In this document: in pieces, positions 1 through 10,949 of the stretch
Numbering within the stretch: position 1 is the first letter of the stretch
Layout of the letters: every line of letters begins with the position of its first letter
Assembly: GCA_963736855.1 (NCBI GenBank)
Contig: CAVTQK010000009.1
Span: forward strand, 619,769-683,768
Direction: 5' to 3'
DNA from: an uncultured delta proteobacterium
GTDB taxonomy: Bacteria; Desulfobacterota; Desulfobacteria; Desulfobacterales; UBA2156
DNA: 64,000 bases
Made by a program: the position numbers and the translations under genes
The notes under the pieces: model-generated
Seen by the model: the letters and a program-made list of their open reading frames with translations, nothing else
The model's database searches: none
What the model was told of the DNA's origin: nothing

Positions 1-52
1 GTCCGGCAGCGCTGCAACAGCGAACTGGCCTGCATATTTTTCACCTTGGTCT

Positions 53-1264
53 CTAATGTTTCTTGGACGGTGAAAAATCCTTCATAAGAGGAAAGAAAAC
101 ACCGAGAATAAAAAAAATCACCAGTGCAGTGATAAAAAACCCCTTCTCAAACCCGATCATCGGGATGATTCTTCCCATCAAAGCGGAACTGAGCATCATT
201 CCGAAATAGATGCAGGTATTATAGCCTCCCATAGCGAGTCCTCGTGATTCCGGGGGCACGACTTCGGCGATGAGCGCCCCGATCGAGGTGAAAGCCAGCC
301 CCATGCTGATTCCCAGGGTGAGAGCAAAAAAAATGAAATGAAGCATAGTTCGGGATATTCCGAAACCGGCCATGGTCGCAGCAAATCCGATAAATCCGAT
401 GACAACCAAGGTTCTCCGATCACGAACCCTGTCGCTCATGTGACCGAAAGGAATACGGGAAACGGCATTACAGAGTCCCTGAGCTGAAAATATCAATCCG
501 ATTTGTCCGACATTGAGGTTTTGATTTTGAGCATGAAGAGGGATGAAGGTGATGAACATGCCGAGTCCGAAGCAACCGCCCAGTGTGGTGAGCCAACAGG
601 CCAGAAGAGGGCGATTTTTCACCAAACTTTTAACGACTTTCGAAATTTTAGGCTTCTCTGAACCGGCACTGTAAGTTGAGTGAAAAGAAGGCAAAATGAG
701 AGCCACTACCCCAAATGTGACTAGAATGACTGCCCCGGAGATAAGAAAAACCTGCAAGTATCCCATTTCATGAGCCACAAATCCTCCCACCGCGGGCCCC
801 AGGCTCATGGCAGTGTAAAGGGCCGTTGTGTACCACCCATAGGAACGCCCCAGGTGAGTGGGCGGAGAAAAATCAGCGACAAATGACATCATCGTCGGAC
901 CGAAGGCGGCCAGACCTATACCGAAGAAGAGATAGATCCAGGTGATCTGTGCAGGAGTCTCACTGAAATAGAGCAGGAACGAAGTGGCCGATAAAATGAG
1001 TAATCCCAGAGATGCGAGCAATTTACGCCCTAAACGATCCGAGAGGATTCCGAAGGGCAGCGATAACACTCCCGCCATGAGAAAGAACGCTGAATTGATG
1101 ATTCCCACCTGCGCCGTATCGGCGCCCAGAGACCGTGCATAAAGAGGAACGACGGGCATTCGCATGTAAGAGCCCAGATAGCAACAGAAAGCAACCCCGC
1201 AGCACATGAAGAGCAGGGTTGCATAAGACGGATAAATCAGTTCGTTCCGTGTAACGGTTTTCAT
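53..1264 (-). CDS. MFS transporter
   Basis: 403 aa, about 12 hydrophobic segments, MFS motif A (GILSDRLGRK; GHMSDRVRDRR). Confidence 0.9.
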   Translation of the reverse strand: MKTVTRNELIYPSYATLLFMCCGVAFCCYLGSYMRMPVVPLYARSLGADTAQVGIINSAFFLMAGVLSLPFGILSDRLGRKLLASLGLLILSATSFLLYFSETPAQITWIYLFFGIGLAAFGPTMMSFVADFSPPTHLGRSYGWYTTALYTAMSLGPAVGGFVAHEMGYLQVFLISGAVILVTFGVVALILPSFHSTYSAGSEKPKISKVVKSLVKNRPLLACWLTTLGGCFGLGMFITFIPLHAQNQNLNVGQIGLIFSAQGLCNAVSRIPFGHMSDRVRDRRTLVVIGFIGFAATMAGFGISRTMLHFIFFALTLGISMGLAFTSIGALIAEVVPPESRGLAMGGYNTCIYFGMMLSSALMGRIIPMIGFEKGFFITALVIFFILGVFFPLMKDFSPSKKH

Positions 1265-1466
1265 TCCTATTCCTTCACCAACGCATATCGCTTTTGCAGA
1301 TCTGATGGATCATTTCGCAAAATCGTCTCACAAGCGAAACGATGACGCAATATAAAATCATGAAAATGTAGGTTTTCTACAGCGGGTCGGTTCGCTGTTG
1401 ACAGGACGATGCGCTATTCGTATCATACACGTATTAGGAAATTCACAATATATGAAGGAGTCGGAA

Positions 1467-1793
1467 ATGGCAGAAGCAAAAGGATTGAGCAAACCGGTTA
1501 AGTTGAAAAATGAGCTGGCAGAGTTACTGGAAGCAAAAGAGCTTCCCAGGACAGAGATTACCAAAAAATTATGGGACTACATTAAAGCGAATAAACTTCA
1601 GACAAAGACTGAAAATGGAAAGCCTGAAAATGCAGGCAAGTTCATTGTGGCTGATGCTAAATTGCTCCCGATCTTTAAAAACACAAAATCCCAAAGCAAA
1701 TCCGGCAAGGTTACTGACCTTACAAATCTGAAAGAAGGCCAGACGATCAACATGATGCAGGTAGCCGCTGTTGTCAGCGCAAACATAGAATAA
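1467..1793 (+). CDS. SWIB/MDM2-domain-like protein
   Basis: LPRTEITKKLWDYIKANKLQ...IVADAKL resembles bacterial SWIB; AAGGAG RBS before ATG 1467. Confidence 0.75.
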   Translation: MAEAKGLSKPVKLKNELAELLEAKELPRTEITKKLWDYIKANKLQTKTENGKPENAGKFIVADAKLLPIFKNTKSQSKSGKVTDLTNLKEGQTINMMQVAAVVSANIE

Positions 1794-1799
1794 TCTAAA

Positions 1800-1838
1800 T
1801 GTGTCGGGCCTGCATATGAATAATGCAGGCCCGACACA
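1800..1838. terminator. perfect 16-bp hairpin (terminator or REP-like)
   Basis: TGTGTCGGGCCTGCAT / ATGCAGGCCCGACACA just after the stop codon; no U-tract. Confidence 0.55.
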
Positions 1839-1861
1839 CCTGAGAAAACAATACGAAGCGA

Positions 1862-1931
1862 ATCGGGTAAGGGGGAGTCTTTCTCTTCTCCTCCCCACAC
1901 CACCTGCATACGGGCCAGCACTAAGCGGTTC
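1862..1931 (-). mobile_element. group II intron 3' remnant (domains V-VI, class C-like)
   Basis: minus strand GAACCGC...CCCGTATGCAGGTGGTGTGGGGAG...CTCCCCCTTACCCGAT. Confidence 0.7.
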
Positions 1932-1998
1932 GAAAAAATTATCGGACCATATCCGGATAAAAGTATCAGTCCGCAGTTCTTTGAGAGGAGAATGACCC

Positions 1999-3144
1999 AT
2001 GGCGTATAAAGATATCCTGAAAAACGGAATAAGGACGTTCGAGGATCTGGAGAAATGGCTCACCGGGCAGAAGGCGAGGGTCGATCCCAGACTCAGGGAG
2101 GTCATCGCCAGATATCCCATGAGAGTCAATACCTATTATCTCGGACTCATCGAAAAGATGAACGACGGCATATGGAAACAATCGATTCCCAACGTCGAGG
2201 AACTCGAGCATTACATGGACCTGTCGGAGGATCCGCTGGATGAGGAGGGAGACATTCCTCTCGGCGGCCCGAGGACCATCATACATAGGTATCCGGACAG
2301 GGTTCTGTTGTTCGTGTCCAATGAGTGCGCGATGTACTGCAGATTCTGCACCAGAAAACGGAAAGTGGGCGACGATCGTAAAAATCCGTCCAAAGAGGAG
2401 ATCGGCAAGGGGATCGAATACATCGCGTCCCACGAAGATATCAGAGACGTGCTGATCTCCGGTGGGGATCCCTTGCTGATTCCGACCAAAAGACTCGATG
2501 AGATCCTCGGCGGTCTCAGAGCCATCCGGCACCTGGATCTGATCAGAATCGGCACGAGGGTTCCGTGCGTCTGGCCGCAGAAAATAATCGAAGACACGGA
2601 ATTGATCGAGATGCTCAAGAGCCATACGCCTCGGTCGCTCAAGAATCCACAGATCTATATCAACACACACTTCAACCATCCCTGTGAAATCACGGACCAG
2701 AGTTATCAGGCCGTCAAGATTTTGAGGGATCTGGGCATTCCCGTTGCGAACCAGAGCGTCCTGCTCAAAGGGGTCAACGACGACACGGACGTGATGAGGG
2801 ACCTGGTGCATGGTCTGGGCAGGATGGGAGTACGGCCCTATTATCTCTACTACGCCGATCTCGTTGAGGGAACAGGTCATTTTCGAACCGAAGTGTACAA
2901 AGGAAAAGAAATCTGCCGAGACCTCTGCGGGGCCACCACCGGTTTTCTGCGCCCCACCTATGTCGTGGACGCGCAGGGCGGACGGGGCAAAGTCCCGGTG
3001 GACCTCGGCTTCTCGGACGGAATCAGCGAAGACAAAAAGGGCGGAATACTCACTTCAGCCATCGGACTCGGAAAGGTCTATGTGAACGATCCGATCGAAA
3101 AAATCGAGGGGAAGCCGACGCGGCACAATCCGAACCGGAAGTAA
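1999..3144 (+). CDS. kamA: KamA-family radical SAM lysine 2,3-aminomutase-like
   Basis: HRYPDRVL, CAMYCRFCTRKRKVG, ISGGDPL, NTHFNHP, NQSVLLKGVND, PLP-lysine GGRGKVPV. Confidence 0.85.
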   Translation: MAYKDILKNGIRTFEDLEKWLTGQKARVDPRLREVIARYPMRVNTYYLGLIEKMNDGIWKQSIPNVEELEHYMDLSEDPLDEEGDIPLGGPRTIIHRYPDRVLLFVSNECAMYCRFCTRKRKVGDDRKNPSKEEIGKGIEYIASHEDIRDVLISGGDPLLIPTKRLDEILGGLRAIRHLDLIRIGTRVPCVWPQKIIEDTELIEMLKSHTPRSLKNPQIYINTHFNHPCEITDQSYQAVKILRDLGIPVANQSVLLKGVNDDTDVMRDLVHGLGRMGVRPYYLYYADLVEGTGHFRTEVYKGKEICRDLCGATTGFLRPTYVVDAQGGRGKVPVDLGFSDGISEDKKGGILTSAIGLGKVYVNDPIEKIEGKPTRHNPNRK

Positions 3145-3169
3145 AGCAAGGGGCGCGGCCCTGGCTCCA

Positions 3170-3385
3170 TAACGAGCACTTCAATGCCGGCGCCCAAGCC
3201 ATTCGCAGTGTATCGATAAACTCATCCGCCCAACGTGAAGCCCGTTCAGGGGTAACGCACAGGTTTCCCCAATACTCCGTTAACAGTTCGAGATAAGGGA
3301 TTTCGTCGGCCTCCACCGCCGCCCAGAGGCGTTCGAGCCAATGGTTCCGGAGCCGGTCCCCAGCCGGTGCGTCGGCGATGATTTG
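3170..3385 (-). pseudogene. frameshifted fragment of an unknown gene
   Basis: protein-like stretch WLERLWAAVEADEIPYLELLTEYWGNLC...WAD without a start, between kamA and miaA. Confidence 0.4.
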
Positions 3386-3501
3386 AATGTGATGGCGTTA
3401 TGGGCTTGGAAAAGGAGATAAATTTTGTATGATATAATAATCACTTAATGATATCTCAACAAGAAATCAGGTAAAGGGGACAGTTGTTTTCACGAGCAAA
3501 C

Positions 3502-4437
3502 ATGGATTCTCCGATATCGATGCGACCGAAAGTGGTGGTTCTCTGCGGGCCGACGGGGGTGGGGAAGACCGCCGCGGCCATCGCCGTCGCAAAGCACTTT
3601 TCCGCCGAGATCGTCAACGCCGATTCCATGCAGGTGTACCGGTTGATGGACATCGGGACGGCCAAACCCGGGCCGGAAGAACGCCGGGCCGTGCCCCATC
3701 ACCTCATCGACATCATCGATCCGGACGCACCATTCAGCGCCGCCGCCTATGCAACGTTTGCAGCAAAAGTTATCGACACACTCCATGAAAACGGAATCCT
3801 CCCTCTTGTCGTAGGCGGAACCGGCCTTTACATCAAAGCCCTGCTTCACGGGTTGTTTAAGGAAGTCCCGAAGAATCCACGTATCCGTTCCCGGCTCAAG
3901 GCGGAAGCAGCCGTATCCGGAATCGGAGAGTTGCATGCCCGGCTTCAACACCTGGATCCCGAAGCCGCTCGGCGGATCCATCCCAACGATGCCTTCCGCG
4001 TCATCCGTGCCCTGGAAATCTGCGAGTCCACGCATACCTCCCTCTCCAAACACCATGCCGCTCATGGATTTTCCAAAAAACCCTTCGATGCCCTGAAAAT
4101 CGGGCTCACCCTGGAACGGAATGTGCTCTACGATCGTATCAACCGGCGAGTGGATCAAATGCTCGCCGCCGGTCTCCTGGAAGAGGTGGAGTCCCTCTTG
4201 AAAAAAGGATACGATCCCACGCTGAAATCGATGCAGGCCATCGGGTACCGTCACATGATACAATTCATTCAAAAAGAAAGGTCATGGGACGAGGCCGTTT
4301 CCACCATGAAGCGCGACACCCGCCGGTACGCCAAACGGCAGTGGACCTGGTTTCGGGCAGACCCGCAGGTGAACTGGTACACACCGGACGCCGTCGAAGA
4401 CATCTGCCGAGCCGTTGCCGCGCACCTGGAAGGCTGA
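3502..4437 (+). CDS. miaA: tRNA dimethylallyltransferase
   Basis: GPTGVGKT, DSMQVYR, IGTAKP, VGGTGLY, TRRYAKRQ. Confidence 0.97.
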   Translation: MDSPISMRPKVVVLCGPTGVGKTAAAIAVAKHFSAEIVNADSMQVYRLMDIGTAKPGPEERRAVPHHLIDIIDPDAPFSAAAYATFAAKVIDTLHENGILPLVVGGTGLYIKALLHGLFKEVPKNPRIRSRLKAEAAVSGIGELHARLQHLDPEAARRIHPNDAFRVIRALEICESTHTSLSKHHAAHGFSKKPFDALKIGLTLERNVLYDRINRRVDQMLAAGLLEEVESLLKKGYDPTLKSMQAIGYRHMIQFIQKERSWDEAVSTMKRDTRRYAKRQWTWFRADPQVNWYTPDAVEDICRAVAAHLEG

Positions 4438-4571
4438 ATGCTCGTTTGAAAGCAAATATATGCCAATTCTTGTTGACACTTCAATGTATTTATATAAATA
4501 TCAAACAGTTATAATATTCCTGAATTTTTCAGATCCATCCATCACGCTCACTGACCGAAAAGATCCTGGAA

Positions 4572-5585
4572 ATGCCAAGGGATAAACTAAAAAAGAGGAT
4601 CGCCCTTTTTTTCACCGGAGGCACTATTACCATGAAACCGGTCTCCGGCCGGAAAGGAGTCGTTCCCAGCAAAGCCTTCGAGCGCTTCTTCTCCGAATTG
4701 GACCCGCTGGTCCATAACGTCCGTATAAAACCTGTGCCGTGGTCCAACCTGCCTAGTCCTCACATGACTCCGGAAAAGATGTTTCAACTGGCAAAGGACG
4801 TGGACGAAAAGCTTGGCGATCCGGACTTCATCGGCGCCGTGGTGATCCACGGTACCGACGTCCTGGTGGAATCGGCCTATATGGCGGATCTGGTGGTGGC
4901 CACTTCCAAGCCCATCATCTTCACCGGCTCCATGCGGTACTACAGCGAGGCAGGATATGACGGAATCCGGAACCTGCTCAACAGCATCAAGGCCTGTCTG
5001 CTTCCCATGCCGCCCGAAAACAGCGTCTTATTGCTCATGACCGACCGGCTCTTCGGCGCCCGGGAGGTCATCAAGATCAATGCCTTGAACATGGATGCCT
5101 TCGAAGCGCCGGAAAGCGGACCTGTGGCTTATGTGGCCGGAGATACGATCCTGCTGACCCGGGGCCGGAAAGGATGCGATCGATCGAAGCGACCGCTTAT
5201 CCCGACGGAAAGGATCGAACCCCGGGTTGCCTTGATTACCTGCTATACCGGGATGGACGGCGATCTCATCGAGCATCTGCACCGGCAGGGCGTTGCCGGA
5301 CTGGTCATCGAAGGATTCGGGGCCGGAAATGTTCCGCCGGGGATCGTCCCTGCCGTCGAAAAGCTGATCGAGGATGGGATCCCCGTGGTGCTCACCACGC
5401 AGTGCGCCGAAGGCGGGGTCTGGCCCATCTATGCCTATCCGGGCGGCGGGGCGGACCTGGTCAAAAAAGGGGTGATTCTGGGAGGCAGGCTTTCCGGCGC
5501 CAAGGCCCGAATCCAGGTCATGGTCGCCGTGGGGGCCGGCATGAACCCGGATGAAATCAAAAAGATGTTCGAAAGCAGCTTCTGA
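4572..5585 (+). CDS. L-asparaginase
   Basis: TGGTITM, HGTD, TGSMR, EGFGAGN. Confidence 0.9.
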   Translation: MPRDKLKKRIALFFTGGTITMKPVSGRKGVVPSKAFERFFSELDPLVHNVRIKPVPWSNLPSPHMTPEKMFQLAKDVDEKLGDPDFIGAVVIHGTDVLVESAYMADLVVATSKPIIFTGSMRYYSEAGYDGIRNLLNSIKACLLPMPPENSVLLLMTDRLFGAREVIKINALNMDAFEAPESGPVAYVAGDTILLTRGRKGCDRSKRPLIPTERIEPRVALITCYTGMDGDLIEHLHRQGVAGLVIEGFGAGNVPPGIVPAVEKLIEDGIPVVLTTQCAEGGVWPIYAYPGGGADLVKKGVILGGRLSGAKARIQVMVAVGAGMNPDEIKKMFESSF

Positions 5586-5599
5586 TGATGAGGAAAACC

Positions 5600-6985
5600 A
5601 TGAAACGCATCCGAGTCAAAGCAGCCCTTGCTTCCGATGCTCCGATGGATTCCATTCGAATCCAGGGTTGGGTCCGCACTCGAAGGGATTCCAAGGACTT
5701 TTCTTTTCTCGAGATCAACGACGGATCGTGCCTGAAGAATATCCAGGTCATTATCGACAAGGATACTCCGGCCTTTGCCGATCTTAAGGACATCCAGACC
5801 GGGGCATCCATAGAGGTGTCGGGGGCCTTAATGGAATCACCCGGTAAAGGCCAGCGATGGGAAATCAAGGCACGAGACCTGAAGCTCTTCGGTGCTGCGG
5901 ATCCGGAATCATATCCGCTTCAAAAGAAACGGCATTCGGATGAATTCCTGCGAACAATGGCCCATCTGCGGCCCCGGACCAACAAATACGGCGCCCTGTT
6001 TCGCATTCGATCCGAAAGCGCTTTTTCCGTACATCAATATTTCAGGGACAGGGGATTTATTTATCTGAACAGCCCCATCATTACGGGGTCCGACTGCGAA
6101 GGCGCCGGAGAGCTCTTTCGAGTGACCACCCTTCCTGTCAATCTCCCGCATGCGGAATCGAAAACCGATATCTTTCAGGATGATTTTTTCGGGAAAGAGG
6201 CCGGTCTGACGGTTTCCGGACAACTGGAAGCCGAGTTGTTCGCCTGTGCCATGGGAAATGTCTATACCTTCGGACCGACTTTTCGGGCGGAAAATTCCAA
6301 CACCCCCCGGCACGCCGCCGAATTCTGGATGATCGAGCCGGAGATGGCTTTCGCCGACCTTTCCGACAACATGGACTTGGCCGAAGACCTCGTCAAGCAC
6401 ATGACCCGGCATGTGGTGGAGCAATGCTCAGAGGATTTGGAACTTTTTACCCGGTTCGTGGACAAAGACCTTATGAAGCATGTGGAGATGGTCCTGAACA
6501 GCACCTACGAGCGCATCCCCTATGCCGAAGCCATCGATATTTTAAAGAAATCCGCTAAATTGTTCGAGTTTCCCGTCGACTTCGGCGTGGATCTTCAGAC
6601 CGAACATGAACGGTATCTATGCGAGATGCACTTTCAAAAGCCGGTCATCGTCTACGATTATCCGAAAGCGATCAAAGCCTTTTACATGCGGCTCAATGAC
6701 GATAATACCACCGTTGCCGCCATGGATCTTCTGGTCCCGAGGGTCGGGGAGCTCGTAGGAGGAAGCCAGCGGGAGGAACGTTACGACGTTCTCAAGCGCC
6801 GGATCCTGGAAAGCGGTATGGACCCCGCGGATTACTGGTGGTATCTGGATATCCGTCGATACGGCACGGTTTACCATTCCGGGTTCGGATTGGGGTTTGA
6901 GCGTTTCCTGATGATGGTCACCGGTGTCACCAACATCCGGGACATTATCCCCTTTCCCCGGACCCCCAAGCATCTCGAATTTTGA
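5600..6985 (+). CDS. asnS: asparagine--tRNA ligase
   Basis: GWVRTRR, INDGSC, LTVSGQLE, FRAENSNT, GGSQREER, IPFPRTP. Confidence 0.97.
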   Translation: MKRIRVKAALASDAPMDSIRIQGWVRTRRDSKDFSFLEINDGSCLKNIQVIIDKDTPAFADLKDIQTGASIEVSGALMESPGKGQRWEIKARDLKLFGAADPESYPLQKKRHSDEFLRTMAHLRPRTNKYGALFRIRSESAFSVHQYFRDRGFIYLNSPIITGSDCEGAGELFRVTTLPVNLPHAESKTDIFQDDFFGKEAGLTVSGQLEAELFACAMGNVYTFGPTFRAENSNTPRHAAEFWMIEPEMAFADLSDNMDLAEDLVKHMTRHVVEQCSEDLELFTRFVDKDLMKHVEMVLNSTYERIPYAEAIDILKKSAKLFEFPVDFGVDLQTEHERYLCEMHFQKPVIVYDYPKAIKAFYMRLNDDNTTVAAMDLLVPRVGELVGGSQREERYDVLKRRILESGMDPADYWWYLDIRRYGTVYHSGFGLGFERFLMMVTGVTNIRDIIPFPRTPKHLEF

Positions 6986-7142
6986 ACTTCGGACGAAACG
7001 AGGCCCTTTTTTAAACTATCTGTGTCGTGGGCACTAGAAACCGGGGCTGAAGCCCGCTTACGATCCCTTTTCGCTTTTAGTCTATTCGGCTTGCGGGGCA
7101 GACGTGCGGGATGCAATCGTCTCCGAAAATTCTTTCGGCGGT

Positions 7143-7664
7143 CTATTCCCCCTCGAACTCGGTGAGGGTAAAAATTTTATAATTTTGAATCAGCTCACAC
7201 CCCTTCAAATCAGGCAACCCCACCAGGAAGGCGCACTCGACGATGATACCGCCAAGCTTTTCCACCAGGCGGGTAGCCGCGGCAATGGTCCCGCCTGTTG
7301 CAATCAGGTCGTCCACGATAAGGACTCGGTCCCCTTTCCGGATAGCGTCTTCGTGAATCTCGACGACGCTGGTTCCATACTCCAGGGAATAGGATTCGCT
7401 GACGGTCTTGTAAGGGAGTTTTCCCTTTTTACGGATCGGGACAAACCCGGTATTCAGCTTATAAGCCAAAACCGACCCGAAGATGAACCCCCTGGCATCG
7501 ATCCCAACAACCTTGTCAAGGCCAATGTCCCGATACCGTTCGTAAAAAAGGTCGCAGGCCTTTCGAAAGGCTCCGGGATCCTGAAGGAGCGTGGTGATAT
7601 CCCGGAACATCACCCCCTCGATGGGCCAATGGGGAACGGTCCGAATTGTTTCTTTTAAATCCAT
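7143..7664 (-). CDS. apt: adenine phosphoribosyltransferase
   Basis: [32 protein letters not shown]. Confidence 0.96.
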   Translation of the reverse strand: MDLKETIRTVPHWPIEGVMFRDITTLLQDPGAFRKACDLFYERYRDIGLDKVVGIDARGFIFGSVLAYKLNTGFVPIRKKGKLPYKTVSESYSLEYGTSVVEIHEDAIRKGDRVLIVDDLIATGGTIAAATRLVEKLGGIIVECAFLVGLPDLKGCELIQNYKIFTLTEFEGE

Positions 7665-7675
7665 TTTGCAATCCC

Positions 7676-8422
7676 TCACTCGATATTTCCGATGGCATGA
7701 ACGAGAATCTTTTTGACGTTTTCGGCGTTACGGTTAGATACGGCTAGAATCTCCTCCCAGGATACCGGGGGTTCATCTTCCTTCCAACAATCATAATCGG
7801 TGGACATGGCCACCACGGCATAAGGTATCTTGACCTCGTTAGCCAAGGCGGCTTCTGTAGCCACCGACATATTGATCACGTCTCCTCCCCAGGTCTGAAA
7901 CATCCGTGATTCGGCCCGGGTGGAAAACCGGGGTCCCTCAATGGTCACCACTGTACCCCCATAATGGGTTTTAAATTTCAACTCAATGGCGGAATCATGC
8001 AGGATCTTTCGGAGATTCGCATCAAAGGGGTCGGCCATAGCGCTATGGTTGATCCCCTTTTCAAACGACTCCCAAAAGGTGTTTTTTCGCAATCGGGTAA
8101 AATCGATGAACTGATCAACGATGACGAAATCTCCCTTCTCGATCCCTGTCTTCAAGCTGCCGCAGGCTGTCGTGGCCAGGATATGGGTGACGCCTTGCTC
8201 CTTAAGGGCAAATATATTGGCCCTGAAGTTGATCTCGGATGGGCTGTATTGGTGCTTTTTCCCATGGCGGGATAGCAACGCAACCATTTTCCCATGGATG
8301 GTGCCTATGGAAAGAGGAGAAGTCGGCCTGCCATATGGCGTTTCGACTTCTATCTCCTTTGGATCCAGCAGGATTTCAGGATCGTCCAAGCCGGATCCGC
8401 CGATGATGCCGATTTTGACCAT
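7676..8422 (-). CDS. mtnP: S-methyl-5'-thioadenosine phosphorylase
   Basis: [29 protein letters not shown]. Confidence 0.92.
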   Translation of the reverse strand: MVKIGIIGGSGLDDPEILLDPKEIEVETPYGRPTSPLSIGTIHGKMVALLSRHGKKHQYSPSEINFRANIFALKEQGVTHILATTACGSLKTGIEKGDFVIVDQFIDFTRLRKNTFWESFEKGINHSAMADPFDANLRKILHDSAIELKFKTHYGGTVVTIEGPRFSTRAESRMFQTWGGDVINMSVATEAALANEVKIPYAVVAMSTDYDCWKEDEPPVSWEEILAVSNRNAENVKKILVHAIGNIE

Positions 8423-8524
8423 GGATCACCTTCCTCAGATTAACCGTTAAACTCCATTTTAAAAGCGGAATCACATTTTAAGACAATTAGTATAGTTGGG
8501 TGCTCTATCAGGTTCAAGTTAATT

Positions 8525-8681
8525 TTGATGGCTTCGCAAAAAGTCCAAAATCAGATGGCAAAGTAAAAAGTTCAAGTTCAAGGCGTCGCGAATCCCGTGT
8601 GATGAGGCGTACTTATCGTACGTCGAAATCGCAACGGGATGAAGCGCAACGCAGAAATTGGACTTTTTACGAAGCCATCAA
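8525..8681. repeat. MITE-like structured repeat, copy 1
   Basis: 24-bp TIR TTGATGGCTTCG(C/T)AAAAAGTCCAA (23/24 match), internal CGTAC..GTACG hairpin. Confidence 0.85.
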
Positions 8682-8788
8682 TTTAAAAAATCAATTGCTT
8701 TCGGTATCACTACGAAGGAACCAAGTTGTTGACCCCTTATTACGCATCCTGTAATAAGATTGACAACAGCTTTGTGAAAGGAACCTCA

Positions 8789-8962
8789 ATGAATCGCATA
8801 CAGACCTTCATCCTTCGGGCTGTCTTGGGACTTGTCTTGTCTGTCCTCATCGATAAAATGTTTTTTGGGCAAATCAATCCCGTTCGCGTTGGATTTTTGG
8901 CCTCGCTGATGGTGATGATGGCCTATGTGACGGAATACCTGCGATTGCGAAAAAAGCAATAG
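8789..8962 (+). CDS. small two-TM membrane protein
   Basis: 57 aa, two hydrophobic segments, AAGGA RBS, upstream of selB. Confidence 0.6.
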   Translation: MNRIQTFILRAVLGLVLSVLIDKMFFGQINPVRVGFLASLMVMMAYVTEYLRLRKKQ

Positions 8963-9013
8963 TCCGGATGGCTGTACCCTCTCGAATTTGAAAACGGAGG
9001 TAATCTAACCCCC

Positions 9014-10945
9014 TTGAAACGAATCATACTCGGCACGGCCGGACACATTGATCACGGAAAAACAAGTCTGATCAAGGCGCTGACCGGCATCGACACGGAC
9101 CGACTCAAGGAAGAAAAACTCCGCGGGATCACCATTGAATTGGGATTTGCCTTCATGGATATCCCCGGAGGTTACCACCTCGGTATCGTGGATGTCCCGG
9201 GACACGAGCGCTTTGTGAAACATATGGTGGCCGGCGCCACAGGGATCGACCTGGTCATCATGGTCATCGCAGCCGATGAAGGGGTCATGCCCCAGACCAT
9301 TGAACATATGGAGATCTGCACCCTTCTCGGTATCCGATACGGTCTTGTTGCCCTGACCAAAATCGATATGGTGGATGAGGAGTGGCTCGAATTGGCCCAG
9401 GAGGACATCCGCGCATTCATCCGGGGGACTTTTCTGGAGAAGGCGCCCATCCTTCCGATTTCCTCTGCGACCGGCCAGGGTCTTTCGGAGCTGCAGAAGG
9501 CCATTGGCGCTTTGTGCGCTATCATTCCCGATCGACCGGAGTTTTCTCTCTTACGTATCCCCATAGACCGTGTCTTCACCATGAAGGGTTTCGGAACGGT
9601 GATCACCGGGACACTGATCTCCGGCCGGGTGGAACTGGGAGAGGTTGTGACTATTTATCCTTCCGGCGTTTCAGCGAAAGTGAGGGGGATCCAGGTGCAT
9701 AACGACAGCGTCACTGCCGCCGAAGCCGGAATGCGCACCGCCATCAATCTGCAGGGTGTGGAAAAATCGGCCATTGAAAGAGGGGAAATCATCGCCAGGC
9801 CGGGTACCCTGAAGCCCTCGTATATGATCGATGTTCAACTCCATTTTCTAAAAAGCAACTCGAAACCGATTAAAGACCACACCCGGGTACGTCTGCACAC
9901 CGGAACCAGCGAAGTGATCGGAAATTTGATCCTTTTGGATTGCGATGAGCTTTCGCCGGGGGATACGACGGTGGCTCAGATCCGCCTGGAAATGCCGATC
10001 ACCGGTGTTAAGGGAGACCGTTTCGTTATCAGAAGCTATTCACCGGTCCGCACCATCGGAGGCGGGAGGATCCTGAACCCCATTCCGCAAAAGCACAAGC
10101 GATTCAAAACTGAAATCATTTCGAGGCTTCGAGGTCTTATTGAAGACCCTCCTGAAAAGATTGTTTTATACCACGCCCTCGAATCCGGTTTGACCGGCAT
10201 CGGTTTTCAAGACCTGATCCTCATGACCGCCATTACGGAAAAAGCCCTCCAACGGATTCTGGAGCTATGCTTGTCGAAAAGACAGGTCCTCCTTTTGGAC
10301 AAAGAAAACCGCACCTTTCTGCATGCCGATAATTTCGAAAGGTTCAAGTCGGAAATCGTCAACCATCTGAAGCGCTATCATCAGCAATATCCCTTGAAAA
10401 CCGGAATGCCCAAGGAAGAACTCCGTTCACGGTTCCCGAAAGCTGTCCACCCCAAGGCATTTCACATGGCCATCAGCGAAATGATCGAGAAAAAGCAGAT
10501 AGTTCAGGAAGAACAATCCATCCGCATCGCCTCCCATACGGTGGCCCTCGGAAAGGACCAGCAAGTACTGCAAAACCGGATCCTGGATGCCTATGAAAAA
10601 TCCGGACTCATGCCCCCTTATTTCAGCGAGCTGTGTAAGGACCTGGACGTGGATCCTAAGAAAGCCGGAGAGATCCTTTTGGTTCTGGTTGACGAGGGGC
10701 GCCTGATTAAAGTAAAAGAGAATTTATTCTTCGGCACAGGAATCATTGAGGATCTAATGAGCCGCCTGAAGGCCTTTTTTCAGGACCACGAGGAGATCTC
10801 GACCCCTCAATTTAAAGAGATGACCGGTGCATCGAGGAAATTTGTGATCCCGCTTCTGGAATACTTCGATGCAAAAAACATCACCATAAGGGTTGGAGAC
10901 GCCCGCAAACTCAGGATTAAACCCGACAAGCAGGAAAGAATGTAA
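9014..10945 (+). CDS. selB: selenocysteine-specific elongation factor
   Basis: [28 protein letters not shown]-terminal winged helix [13 protein letters not shown]. Confidence 0.97.
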   Translation: MKRIILGTAGHIDHGKTSLIKALTGIDTDRLKEEKLRGITIELGFAFMDIPGGYHLGIVDVPGHERFVKHMVAGATGIDLVIMVIAADEGVMPQTIEHMEICTLLGIRYGLVALTKIDMVDEEWLELAQEDIRAFIRGTFLEKAPILPISSATGQGLSELQKAIGALCAIIPDRPEFSLLRIPIDRVFTMKGFGTVITGTLISGRVELGEVVTIYPSGVSAKVRGIQVHNDSVTAAEAGMRTAINLQGVEKSAIERGEIIARPGTLKPSYMIDVQLHFLKSNSKPIKDHTRVRLHTGTSEVIGNLILLDCDELSPGDTTVAQIRLEMPITGVKGDRFVIRSYSPVRTIGGGRILNPIPQKHKRFKTEIISRLRGLIEDPPEKIVLYHALESGLTGIGFQDLILMTAITEKALQRILELCLSKRQVLLLDKENRTFLHADNFERFKSEIVNHLKRYHQQYPLKTGMPKEELRSRFPKAVHPKAFHMAISEMIEKKQIVQEEQSIRIASHTVALGKDQQVLQNRILDAYEKSGLMPPYFSELCKDLDVDPKKAGEILLVLVDEGRLIKVKENLFFGTGIIEDLMSRLKAFFQDHEEISTPQFKEMTGASRKFVIPLLEYFDAKNITIRVGDARKLRIKPDKQERM

Positions 10946-10949
10946 TACC

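Noticed and set aside
4473..4500. sigma70 promoter for asparaginase-asnS
   Set aside because: TTGACA is present but there is no good -10 box at 17-nt spacing.
8500..8754. ORFs 8500-8754 and 23104-23355, and the N-terminal extension of purM
   Set aside because: They are translations of the structured repeat.
9014..10945. Selenoprotein genes or tRNA-Sec near selB
   Set aside because: I noticed no ORF with an in-frame TGA at a catalytic Cys position and no selC-like sequence; the check was by eye.
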